This document shows, piece after piece, positions 13,386-25,443 of a stretch of 64,000 nucleotides of DNA. The translations under genes and the position numbers were made by a program. This DNA comes from Callorhinchus milii (Eukaryota), in contig NW_024704742.1 of the NCBI RefSeq assembly GCF_018977255.1, positions 119,352,001-119,416,000 of the forward strand, read 5' to 3'. The notes under the pieces were generated by a model, which saw only the letters and a program-made list of their open reading frames with translations, ran no database searches and was not told the DNA's origin. Each line of letters starts with the position of its first letter. The first letter of the stretch is position 1.

Positions 13386-14269
13386 ATTTCTTTGGAAAAA
13401 GATTCTCTCCCAGTCTCCTAGCCAATAATTTCCTAGATAAAAAATGGGTCATTTTCTTCAAGCATTTGCTTATAAATACATTACTGCACACTGCACGAAC
13501 ACTCTGTGAAACCCTTTGACATGGTTTAACACGATAAGGCTCTCCGTCAAATGTGAGGATTATCATCTGCAGATATTGCATTTCATATAACACTTATAAT
13601 ATCAAGAAGCTCTCAAAGTGCTTTGCAAAGTTTCTGTAAAGTGGAGTGTCTGTGTATTTTAGGCAAACACTGTAGCCAATTTACATTCAAATAAAATTGG
13701 TCACTCACTTCATGGCTGTTTGTGGAACATTCCTGTGCACAAATTGGCTGCCCCATTTGCCTACAAATACACAGTCACTACACTGTGATGTCTTAATAAG
13801 GTATTTGCAATGGGTTTCCATCAAACATACATCAAGCACTGTCTTTTAAAATGAACTTTTAGCGATCGAGTGGGTGAGGACTGATCACTAAAGGTTATTT
13901 TTTTTGGCTTAGGGAAACATGAATTTTGGCTCTACTATTTGGACAAAATAGAGAGAACAAAATTAAATATAAAAAACCCTAAACCTTAATGTGTTTACAA
14001 TGAATTAGAACCTAAAATTGCTCACCTCAGGGTCAAACAGAATGGCAGTGATGGACTCTGAGTGGAGCAAACCATTTACCATGGCAGGATATTGGCGAGC
14101 CCAACAGCCAGAAATTTAAGCCGATAATTTGGAGAGATGCAGACAGTTAGAACAAGTACACTCCCTGACACATGACATGTATTGGTTTGGATAAAATAGC
14201 TTCAGATTATGTAACAATCTGCCATTTGAGAAACTCCCTGCTCCAGAAACTCCCACCACCTCATCTCCT

Positions 14270-14525
14270 TACAATGAGACATTAAACTGAGATCCTGTCT
14301 GACTGTTCAGGAGGACGATAAGGGAGTTTCTCCAAGTCTCCTAGCCAAAAATTCCTCCAAATAAAACTGATCATTCACTTCATTGTTTGTGGAATATTGC
14401 TGTGCTCAAATTGGCTGCTTCATTCACCTACAAATTACACAATCACTACACTTTATAGTATGTCCTGTGAAACGCTTTGAGACGTCCCCCTGACGTGAAA
14501 GGTGCTACTTCAAATGTAAGTATCA
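14270..14525 (+). mobile_element. DeuSINE-like SINE, central and 3' part
   Basis: atgagacattaaactgagatcctgtctgactgttcagg...gtgaaacgctttgagacgtccccctgacgtgaaaggtgcta. Confidence 0.75.
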
Positions 14526-15060
14526 TTTATTTATTTGTAGGCAAAAATGGCAATTATTTTGTTCACATTAAGGACACACAAAATAGCCATAAGTTAAATG
14601 ACCAATTGATCTGGAGGATTACTCTAGGGCAGCACATACTTACCCAGCTTCTTTTGGAAGCCATTGATCAATGCAACATCGACGCATTTGTTGAGAAACT
14701 GAACCCATAAGTGCCTACGGCAATGGGAATGAATTTCAGATGACACGAGTTTTTCTCTGATACTGTGGACACACTGCATTAATTACACTTCAAGTAACAC
14801 CATCATTGATGGCACTGACGTTAACTGTGAATCAAAGGGCAAGCAACTAATTGATTTTCAACTAAGCAACTAAGTGGATTTGTTTATACTCGCCATGTGG
14901 TTTGCAGATGAATGGTGCGTGACTTCTGAAAACCATTTTGACAATCTGAGCGCAAAGTGGTGGAGGGAGCTGTGGGGACTGCTGATAGCATCAGGCATCT
15001 GCTATTGACTCATTCTAGTGGCTTCCGACTCCTACAAGTAGCCTCTTAAGTGTAATAAAA

Positions 15061-15350
15061 AATAATAATCCTTGCATTTGATATAGCACTTTTCATGTCT
15101 CCTAGATGTCTCAAAATGCTTCACAGAATATACTGTAAAGTGAATTGACTGTATATTTGTGGGCGAAATGTGGCAGCCAATTGTGCACAGCAATGTCCCA
15201 CAAACAGTCGTGGATTGAAGTGACCAATTTTATTTACTTTTTTTCTTGAGGGATTATTATCAGGCTTGTTGAGTAAGGAAACTTGCCCAGGGTTTTGCCC
15301 AGGTCTCTCGCTTGTGAGGCGAATGCTCTAACCACTGAGCTACAGAACTC
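15061..15350 (-). mobile_element. tRNA-derived SINE (family A)
   Basis: Tail aataataatccttgcatttgatatagc through head ctctaaccactgagctacagaactc. Confidence 0.88.
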
Positions 15351-15829
15351 CTAACTCCGGTTGCACTAGTCTGATCTGGATTCAAAAAAACTCATTATCT
15401 CGATGTTATAAGTATTTGTGGTCATTTGCAAGACCCAAGTGCTACCTTTAATGATCAAAACAGTTATTATTCATGGCGTACACTGTATATTGGCACCAAG
15501 TCAAACTGCCGTGGTTTGCATCAAATCACAAATGAATAATGTTTGTTCATGTCTGAATCTACTAACCCTTGTGACTACTGAAACATTTTTTGCTCAATTT
15601 TAACCAGCATTTTGATCAAATCATTAGTAGGGTCATATGCACAAAATAGCAACTCTAACACAAGTGTTTGAAATACTGTATACAAACAAATACCCCTACT
15701 ACTGGGTTACTGAGTCCCACAGATTGCTTTTGGAATGTGTTCAGTTAGCTGATCTCAGCTGGAGTGGCAGAGGGGACACTATAATTGACTTTAGTGTTCT
15801 GAGTTAACATCAGTTTATATTTTATATTA

Positions 15830-16078
15830 AAGTTGAGTCTATTTCAGTGAGCGAGTAGTCAAGGATTTCAATGGATGGAACAGGCTCCCTAGGGAGATGG
15901 TGAAAGCAGAAAGTGTTGATTCTTTCAAAAGCAAATTAGATATTCCTTTTAGGAAATAATACCTTGGAATCCAGTATATAGTTTGGGACATGCCATGTGT
16001 ATGTGACTGCCAGGATGGTGGAAGGCGAACTGGATGGACCTTGGTCTTCTTTTGCAATTCTAATATTCTTATGTTTTT
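15830..16078 (+). mobile_element. CR1 3' fragment inserted into a family B repeat
   Basis: gtagtcaagg...tggaacaggctccct...ggtggaaggcgaactggatggaccttggtcttc...ttcttatgtt. Family B sequence lies on both sides (15700-15805 and 16083-16190). Confidence 0.7.
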
Positions 16079-16697
16079 GAGTCAAGACAGGATCAGGCTC
16101 CACTATCATCTTTTTCCTTCTCATTCCACTCCTCCAGCCCATAGTTGCTACCTAGATTCACGCATGAAGAATGGCTACTTGGCTGAATTGGGACGTCTTG
16201 GGACGTCCTCCCGATGTGAAAGGCGCTCTATAAATGGAATCTTGTTGTTGTTGTTGTTGAATTATCAAACCATAGCAATCTGTTGCAGAAGCATACCTCA
16301 ACACTACAGGGCTTTGAGAGCAGAGGGAAGGAGATTAGAAGAAAGGGTGGAGAAAGGAATGCAAAATAAATGGGCAGACACTGTACACTCTGGCTTCAGC
16401 ATTAATAATATTCTACCTACAGTTCTAGCAAATTAAGTGCACCAAATAATGACTGAGTATTGTTCATGGTTACTTTCTGCTACTCTATTCTACTTCTTGG
16501 AACAAAGCGTTTATCAATGCAAGAAGCCTCCAGCGCTGGCAAGACTTCGTTATTTTATCACGTTATCTGACACTTTCCAGAGGAAACAGTATTTTTACTG
16601 GAAACCAAGCTTACTGCAAATCTATAACAAAATTCGCATAGATTTGATTTTAAATGTTTTGAGTAATTTAATACACGGAATTAAATCCTTATTTGTG

Positions 16698-17023
16698 GAG
16701 TCCTGTGGCTCAGTAGTTAGAGCACTCGCTTTGCAAGTGAGAGACCTGAGTTCAATTCCAGGCAGGTCAGGGCGAAACCTTGGGCAAGTTTCCTTACTCC
16801 ACACGCCTAATAATAATCCCTCCAAAACTAAAAACAATAATAAATTGGTCATTTTCAATCTACGACTGTTTGTGGGACATTGCTGTGCGCAATTAGCTGC
16901 CGCGTTTGCCCACAAATATACAGTCAATTCATTTTTCAGTGTATTCTGTGAAGCGCTTTGGGACGTCCTCCCGACGTGAAAAGCGCTATATCAAATGCAA
17001 GGATTATTATTATTATTATTATT
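16698..17023 (+). mobile_element. tRNA-derived SINE (family A), full length
   Basis: gagtcctgtggctcagtagttagagcactcgc...gagttcaattcc...gggacgtcctcccgacgtgaaaagcgctatatcaaatgcaagg(att)7. Confidence 0.92.
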
Positions 17024-17109
17024 CTGTTGCCTTCCAATGAACATTTGCATTTTCTCAGAGACTTCAGATAACTGTTGTTTGTTTCTCCCTCTTTCTGTAT
17101 TTGCATTTT

Positions 17110-17560
17110 TTGTTTGTTTGATCAGTTGGGTATCTGATACATATGGAACCCACCACCATGCTTAACCACAATGAGAGTCCAACATATGCATGCCATCTAC
17201 AAATGGAATTTTCCTTGTGTCTGGATTGGAAGGTGCAATCTGTTCCCGCACGAACACATCCTACTTACCTAATCACAGAGAGTATTTGGCACAAGTTGAT
17301 GAAAGCAATGGTTGGGACCCTTGGGGACAGCAGAGTATGCATTGGGGTACTGGTGGAATAGCTTGCCTAGCTCGCCACTGAAACTGCTGCCTGGCAATCT
17401 TCCTGCTGCTTGTCCATGTAGGACCACTCTACCATTAGGGCTTTGGTGAACAGGAGCTGAGTGGGAAGAATCCCTACTTGCAATGACCAGTCTGCCCCTC
17501 CAAATCCTGCTCATGAGCCAGGCTGGCTGCCATCAGCACTGCCCTGGAGTCCTTCATGTC
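17110..17560 (-). mobile_element. Family X dispersed repeat
   Basis: Reverse complement of the 19270-19937 copy (gtatctgatacatatggaacccaccaccatgcttaa...). Confidence 0.75.
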
Positions 17561-18394
17561 TTTGTTGTCAGTATGCCTGGGAGAAAGACTACAGAACCAG
17601 GTTCTATAAGATGCTTAGATTCAGACCAGGGATGGCTTCAAGGTGACAAATTCAAGTTTTTATGTGATGATTATGAAATGTCAAATTATTCAACCACTTG
17701 GCTCTGACTTTGTGACCAAACTCTATTTGGGCACTTGTTTTCTGGGTATGCTAATATCTTGGGCATGTCAGAATGCAGAAAGCAGTTTCAGTCAGAGAAG
17801 AGTCTGAGATCAGTTGGTGGAGTGAGTGCAGTCTTGCTGCAGGGTGGCTTTGAATGAGTACTCGAAGGACATGTCTTCTCAAAGAATGTATCTTTGCTGC
17901 ATATTGTTAGTCCTTATTCCTTCAGAAAATCAGCACCATGGCCTGAGACAGTGATTCTAATTCCAAATTCATTAGTAAAACGTACAATCTTTTTGTAAAT
18001 TAAATTATATTTCAATCGAGTAGCCACTGCTTCCTTCAGCAGCAAAAGCAGAATAGCACAGACGTCTCCTTGGTAACCATAAATTGCTTTGTGTAGCGAT
18101 ATTTGTCTTGAGGGATTTTCTTTCCTCCTCTCCACAAAATGGGGGAGCTCAGCAATCATACAATGCTCCATCTTGGATTGCATAACATTGAGCGTTAAAA
18201 ATTAGCAACACCTCTATTTCAAATTGGATTCGATGAGATCTGATCTTAAGAAACATATCAATATGTTGAAAAAGCTCTTGTCTGTAAAACTGCAAAATAA
18301 CTGGCATCTCAATGCCAGATGTCTGTATGTACAGTGTACCTCCTACTGAAACTCTATGTGAATCACTGCAACTCACTAAAACTCATCAGATTGG

Positions 18395-18765
18395 CCCCTC
18401 ATTCATCTCTGGGTCAGAAGATTGTGGGTTCAAGTCACATCTCAGGACTTTGACCCCAGGACTTTTCAACAAACATTATCAGGGATGTTGTCATTTAGAT
18501 GAGATATTTAGCTAAGGTCCTGACCATTTGTTCAAGGTGGATGGTAAAGATCCTATGATATTATTCAAAAAGAGAAGGGATTTCCTCCTAGTGTTCTAAA
18601 TAACAATCCCCCAGATAAAATTAGGCATTCACTTCATGCTGTTTGTGGGACATTGCTGTGTGCAAATTAGTTCACCTTCATATGTAATCACTACACTTTG
18701 CAGAAAACTCCACTTTCTGCAAAGTTTAGGCATTATATCAAATACAAGTACAGGATTACTATTAT
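18395..18765 (+). mobile_element. DeuSINE/SacSINE1-like SINE
   Basis: ctctgggtcagaagattgtgggttcaagtc head, gatgagatattt...ggtggatggtaaagatcctatg centre and tail. Confidence 0.75.
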
Positions 18766-19269
18766 TAACTTGGCTTTGACAGCAGATTACCTTTGTTTTA
18801 TCATGAACTCAAATCTGCATTTGACAAGGTTGTTCTGTCACAATAGCAGTGAATCATAAAAACTGCAGCTTGTGTTGATGGCAGCAAAAACGGTGGCTCC
18901 AGAGGATAGAAATGGTATTAAGTTATAGCACGATCGGAGGCTATCCAGTCCATTGAGTTAAATGGGACAATTGCTGAAATCAAGAGCTGTCCATCGGATA
19001 GCTGATGAAGAAACTCTGAGGTTTGGGGCGACAGCTGTTGGAAGGTGTAACTGGAGTCCAAGCTCGGGAAAAAGCATTTGTACATCCAGCACTTGGAATC
19101 CACCTCGATTGGCTTGCAGAGAGGTAAACAGCTGTTCCTTGAATTCCACACCTTCAACTGGTGGAACCATTGATCAATGGGAAGGGACATATGTCTGAGC
19201 TGTAGGCAGAAAAATAGTGACAGTACTCTCATACATTTCATGCTAAGCTGTGTTGCCCACCAGGGAAAT

Positions 19270-19937
19270 CCTGCCTTTCACCTAGTGAGGGCTCAAACCC
19301 ACGTTTGTCAAATGTCAAATGACCAACTTGTGACTCTTCGCCTTGGGTGGAAGTAAGCCAAACAGTTCAGTTTCTTGGAACTAGCTCCAAGGTGACATGT
19401 TTGGCAATGGAAAGGCAGAATCGAGCCAAAACTCTGGTGGTCTCAGTAGTCCAGTTCCTGAGCCAGGTAGGTCTGTAATATTCCAGGGCACTGCTGATGA
19501 CAGCACAGCCAGCCTGGCTCATCGTCAGGACTTGGAAGGGCAGACTAGTCACTGGGGGCAGAGACTCTTCCCACTCAGCTCTTGTTTAACTCTGCAAGGC
19601 AAAGCCTTAACATGTAGGGTGGTCCTAGTTGGAAAAGGAGCCAGAAAGCTTGCCAGACAATACTCTCAGTGGCAAGCTCAATGGTTAGATTCTAGCAGTA
19701 CCCCAACACACACTCTGGGGTCCCCAAGCCATGGCTGTTGCCAACTTGTGCCTAATACTTTCCAGAATTAGGTAAGCAGGATACGTCCCTCTAGGAAGCG
19801 AGTATGCATTCCATTCCAAAAAACACTCTAGAATTTTTATGTGTATGTGGGATGCATGGGACTCCCAATTGGTTTGGATACTCTTAAGCATGGTGATGGG
19901 TTTCTGCATGTATCAGACACCTGGCCGACCAAAAAAC
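19270..19937 (+). mobile_element. Family X dispersed repeat, longest copy (probable SINE)
   Basis: Possible tRNA-like head gcctttcacctagtgagggctcaaaccc, a ~550-bp body and an oligo-A end (cagacacctggccgaccaaaaaa). At least 8 homologous pieces occur in the window. Confidence 0.7.
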
Positions 19938-21264
19938 ACTGCTACTGTTACACACTCTCACCTGATAATGGCGATGTGGTCAATGAAGACATTATTTTAT
20001 ATTCCTCTGGCACCAGTTGATTCCAAATGCATTTACATCAATATTGATGGGCTTGCTTTATTGCAGGCTATACGATAAATGGGATGATTTCAGTTTGACT
20101 TAGATACAGCAATTAACAGGTTTCATGTTGTAACAGATATCTACCTGGTTTATTCTTTGAGAAACAATTTTATTTAAACATAATGATTGAGGTGCAGCCA
20201 AGTGTCCTGGGGACTTGGCTTTGCATGCCTATGTGGAGCACATGTTCCTTTGCCAGACCATTGCCACCTGATATTAATAGTACTTGAAAAGAATGGCAGT
20301 ACTGCCAATACGTTGGGGCATGCTGCATCTAAATGCTTTCAACCTCTGCCATCTCACCAGGATGTCAGGACCATTTTCAATACATTTTAGCATTGAATCC
20401 AATAATGAGCTCAGGTTTTCCTGACTACTCCCAGGTTAGAGGTAATGAGCGTACTCATCAAAGCTCAAGCAGCTGGTCTGTGCAACGGATAACTCAAGCA
20501 TACACTTGTGCAGTAACCACCATCTTATATTGCTCAAAGACAGATTTAAACCAATAGAGATGAAAAGGAAGAAATTCCACTTACGTCCAGATTTACTCTC
20601 TTTATGTAGCATTTTACAACATCCAAGACTGGGCAAATTCTGGAATTCAGTTTTAACTTTGAAGCCCTCTGCAGTTCTTCAAAGAAACTTACAGAAAACC
20701 GATTTCAAAATTAAGCTGCATTTAAGAATTTGCCAAATTCAGGCCTCATAAAGAGAATAAATCTAGACCCCAGTGGAATTTCTTCCCAGAAGTTTATGAA
20801 ACAATAAATCTCTAACAAAGCTTTGAAATATAAAACCAAACAGAACTGAACTTGTAACCAGGTTTAGCTATTTTAGAATTGATGATGCACAAAGTTAGCG
20901 GGGAGGGGGTGTGGATGGGGCTGTCACAGTGCGATAGGAGTAAAAAGTGCAACCTGAGGTGTGACAATAGTGCCTTTCACATCAGGAAGACGTCCCAAGG
21001 TGCTGAAAAAGCAGTCAAATTCAGCATGATGGTTGGGCCTGGAGCGGCTCAAAATATTGGCCACTGACATATTTGCTGATAAAAGACCCTGAGTGGGCCA
21101 CCATTTCTTCAAATCACAAAGCACAGTTTTTCGCAAGAGATCATGTTAAATGTAAACACTCTACCTAATTGGGAGAGTGGTCCCAGATCGACAAACAGCA
21201 TCACACTTGCAAGGCAGTGCTCCAAATGAAATGTTATGAGCTTTTAGCTAGTTAGTTCCACACT

Positions 21265-21507
21265 TAGGGTTAGGGACACTCTGGGGTCCCCAAGCCTTGA
21301 CTCTTGCCAGCCAGCACTTAATATTCCCTGGAATTAGGTAAACTAACTGCATCCCTTCAGGGAGAGACAACACCCTATCCATTCAAAACACAGAGAACCT
21401 TTCATGTGTAGGTGCTGTACATAAGTGGAGCTTTCAGTATGGTTTGTATATTCTTAGCAATGGTGATGGGTTTCCACATGTGTCAGACACCTAGCTAACC
21501 AAAAAAT
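21265..21507 (+). mobile_element. Family X dispersed repeat, 3' fragment
   Basis: ctctggggtccccaagccttg...gtgtcagacacctagctaaccaaaaaa. Confidence 0.75.
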
Positions 21508-21580
21508 GTTAATACTTTTAAGCCATCCATATGTTTAGCCAACACATCCAAGATTCCTTCAGCATATATGTATATACACT

Positions 21581-21900
21581 GAGTCCTGTAGCTCAGTGGT
21601 TAGAGCACTCGCCTGGCAAGCGAGAAACCTGGGTTCAATTCAGGCAGGTCAGGGCGAAACCTTGGGCAAGTTTCCTTACTCCACACGCCTAATAATAATC
21701 CCTCCAAAACAAAACAATTACAAGTTGGTCATTTTCAATCCATGACTGTTTGTGGGACATTGCTGTGCGCAATTGGCTGCCGTGTTTCGCCCACAAATAT
21801 ACAGTGAATTCACTTTACAGCATATTCTGTGAAGCGCTTTGAGATGTCGAGAAGACGTGAAAAACACTGTATCAAATGCAAGGATTATTATTATTATTAT
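21581..21900 (+). mobile_element. tRNA-derived SINE (family A), full length
   Basis: gagtcctgtagctcagtggttagagcactcgcctggcaagcgagaaacctgggttcaattc...(att)n. Confidence 0.92.
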
Positions 21901-22689
21901 ATCACCAATCTAATAAGAATTAATTTTGTAGACAGGAACCAATCTGGTTCCTTTTTGAACCCCTTTGTAGCTGTTTAAGCCACCATCCGTGGTGATTTGT
22001 TGCATTTTACAAGATTGTTTCAGATGAAGAGATGAAGAAGGCCCTTGAGCCCATTGGTATCATCCTTGCAGAATATACACCCTACTGTCCTTCAATTAGA
22101 GCATCAAGATTTTTCTCAAACACCCTTCCTGACAATTTGTTCTAGCCGTTAATTACCCTCTGGGTAAATAAATAGTTGAAGTTACCTGTTTTGAAACACT
22201 AAACCTGTATCCTCTTGTTCTATTGTCTTAGTGCGTTCGAAAGCAAAACTTGAAAATATTTTGATGATATTGAAAGCTGGCAATAGATCAAGAATGGTGC
22301 AACATCAACCATCACCCTTTTTGATGATGCCTTTTGTTGCTGTTATGTCCATATTGGCAGCACATTCAATGTTTTACAATTCACAATTTACAACTGTGAC
22401 TTCGAGTGAGTGTCAGCTCTCAAGGAAGGGCTTGATAATGGCAGATATGATTGTAGCACTCATTTATAAAGGAAGTCTTGTTAGAGATTAAAGATGCCAT
22501 TCAGACTGTCTTAAGATAGTTGGATGTCCGTCTTGAGCGGATGGAAACCACAATGGAACTAATCTTGGGACACCAAAAGCGGATGATGGATTTCATGCTA
22601 CTTATTTGTAATTGGTTGTGGCTATCTTAATCCTTAAATACACAGAAGTATAGGACTTACATACTGGAGTCTCATGGTTCAGGACAGTA

Positions 22690-23535
22690 GCAACAACAAC
22701 AAAAAATTACAATTGTATAGCACCTTTCACATCAGGGGGACATTTCAAAGTGCTGGACAGTCAGGGATCTGCACCCAAACTGGGATTGGGATCAGGAGGT
22801 GTGGACAATGGGAAGGGGAGGGGCAGGAGGGTAACCAAAGGCATGGTTGAAGAGGAGGGTCTTGAGATGGGTCTTGAAGGATGAGGCAGAGGGCCTGTGG
22901 GATGAGTTCCAGAGGGTGGGGGCAGAGAGGCTGAAAACCTGCCCGACAATGGTGTGGTGAGCAAGTCGGGGGACGTGAAGCAGGCCGGAGCCCGCTGAGC
23001 CTAGGGAGTGGACAAGTTGGTGGGGGTTCTGAAGTCACAGGGGTAGGGTGGAGCAAGGCCATGGAGAGCTTTGAAGGAGAGGACTAGGACCTGTAACAGT
23101 ATCCTCTGAGTGATGGGGAACCAGTGGAGCCGGGCGAGGATGGGGTGATAGGGTCGGAGAGTTTGGTGCGGGAGGGGACACAGGCTGCAGAGTTCTGGTT
23201 GATCTGCAGCCTGTGGAAGAGTAGTTGGGGAGGCCGACAAGCAGGGAGTTTGTGTAGTCAAACCTGGATGTAATGTGGATGAGAGGCTCGGCAGCCTGCG
23301 TGAAAAACAATGGCGGAGCTGGGCAATGTTGCAGAGGTAGGGAAAAGCGGAGCAGGTCATGGCACAGATGTGGGGGATGAAGGACAGTTGAAGGTCAAAC
23401 AGGATGCTGAGGTTCTATATTGGCTCTGTGAGGTATAGAGTACATCCATGAAAGGTGATGCTGTCAGCACCCGGGGTATGGAATCACTGACAGGAGCCAA
23501 GCAGGAGGGCCTTGGTCTTGTTGACATTCAACTGT
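22690..23535 (-). mobile_element. L2 LINE 3' fragment
   Basis: (caa)n tail. The - strand translates to SRFDYTNSLLVGLP, LHWFPI and LQLNVNKTKALLLGS. Confidence 0.9.
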
Positions 23536-23641
23536 AACATATATGAAACGTAACATACACATGATTGTACAATAATTGAACTGAACAAAACATTTGTCTT
23601 ACATATAGACTTGTATTTTATGTGCTTTGTATACCAAACAA

Positions 23642-23930
23642 ATAAATAATAATAATAATCCTTGCATTTGATATAGTGGCTTATCATGTCATTGAGATAT
23701 TTCAAAACGCTTCACAGAATACATTGTAAAGTGTATTTTGTGGGCGAAATGCAGCAGCCAGCCAATTGCGCACAGCAATGTCCCACAAACAGTGTGGATT
23801 GAGTGATCAATTTTTTTTGAAGGATTATTACCTCTGGAAAGTGATCCACCAATCAACTAACAACTGGTTCCTACTTACTGCTAGGTAACAGAGGCATGCG
23901 GAGTAAAGAAACTTGCCTAAGGTTTCAGCA
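23642..23930 (-). mobile_element. tRNA-derived SINE (family A), head missing
   Basis: Family A tail and body, including ggttcctacttactgctaggtaacagaggcatgcggagtaaagaaacttgcc. Confidence 0.85.
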
Positions 23931-24129
23931 GCAGCATAAGCCACCATCAAAAAGGATAGTTTCTTAGTGTTATTACTTGAATGTATTCAACAGAAGTGGA
24001 TTTCTGTTGGATGCTTATGCAATTCCCTAACCATTGCCAGGACATTATTCCCTGCAGCAATTTCTTTAACTTCTTGTTGCTTCATCTCCATTGCACATTG
24101 GCGCTAACATTGGTCAATACCCATTACAG

Positions 24130-24480
24130 CAGAACAGAAGAAGGCTGAGGGGTGCCCTGATAGAGATCTTTAAAATTACGAGGGGTTTTGGTAGAGTCAA
24201 TAGGGAGAAATTATTTACAGTGAGTCAGTGACTAGAAGGCATCAATTCAAGATAGTTAGTAAACAAGCAAATAGGGAGATTAGGATTCATACAGAGTGTT
24301 GTTAGGTTATGGAATGTCCTGCCGAGAGCGATAGCTGGTACAGAATCCATATTAGCTTTCAAAATGGAATGGATATGGGGTAAAGGCAGGTAAATGGGAC
24401 TAAAAGGATTGCTCTTTATATGAGCCAGTACTGGCACAATGGGTTGAATAGCTTTCTTCTGTAGTGTCAATTTCTTTGGT
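24130..24480 (+). mobile_element. CR1 3' fragment, decayed
   Basis: agaagaaggctgaggggtgccctgatagagatctttaaaatt...actagaaggcatcaattcaagata...tggaatgtcctgcc. Confidence 0.75.
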
Positions 24481-25254
24481 TCCAATATTAGAGAGGCCAT
24501 TTTATGCTGCAAAGCAATATTCAAATTATTTTAATCTATCTCAGATAGAGTTTAAGGCTTTTCATTCACCAGAATTCCTCTCTGGTAAAAAAACAACTTC
24601 CTAGTGTGAAACTGAGCAACAGTGACCCAGAGGTTTCAGATTGACTCTCCTGTCTGCGCTTCATCATCTCAGCTTGGGAAGCAACTGGTTTTATAACCCT
24701 CTGAAAGATATCTGTTTCCCTGTTGCTGTATGGTCATGTCAGTCTATTCTGAAAGAATCTGACATTACAATTAGCTTTCGCACACTCAGCTCGGGTGGGG
24801 AGAAATCTGAGTGGGTCCCTGCTCCTGACTGTTATAATTCCAGTGACCTACAACTGAAAAGTGCACAAAGATAGATATTGGAGCAAAGACATGGATTACA
24901 TTTAGCTATGATTTCTCCCAAGGGCAAATAGTATGCTGAAACTCAATGGGATAAAAATGCATTTGCCAGGAAAGCGACAGTATAAATGGTATCTCTTAGC
25001 AGGAAAAAACATCTCAAGACATAAAGGTGATCTCATGTGGGAATCCCTGTGTGTGTTACATTGACCCTTGGCCTGCAGTACTGCATCAGCCTGCCTCAGT
25101 TGGTAGCACTCTCGTCTCTGAGTCAGAGGCTGTGGGTTCAAGCCCCACGTTGGGACTTGGAACACATATAGCCTAAAATGATACTCCAGCATTGAATCTT
25201 AGTATAACCTGTAGAAACTATATGCAGTTGCTTTTCTGGGGATAATAATTTCTT

Positions 25255-25443
25255 CAAAAAAATAATAGTAATAAATTGGTCACTCAATCAACGACTGTTT
25301 ATGGGACACTGCTGTGTGCAATTGGCTGACGTGTTTCGCCCACAAAATATAGTCAATTTACTTTGCAGTGTATTCTGTGAAGCGCTTTGAGACGTCTCGC
25401 AGACATGATAAAGCGCTATATCAAATGCAAGGATTATTATTAT
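25255..25443 (+). mobile_element. SINE (family A) 3' part
   Basis: ttggtcactcaatc...gtgaagcgctttgagacgtc...aaagcgctatatcaaatgcaaggattattatt. Confidence 0.85.

Noticed and set aside
19490..19540. CTGATGA in family X as a hammerhead ribozyme core
   Set aside because: No stem II followed by GAAA and no stem I/III pairing could be found, and the motif is altered in the 17110 copy.
21581..21655. tRNA-like sequences with A and B boxes (also 16698, 35046, ~4935-5004)
   Set aside because: They are SINE heads that continue directly into the SINE body and tail, not stand-alone tRNA genes.
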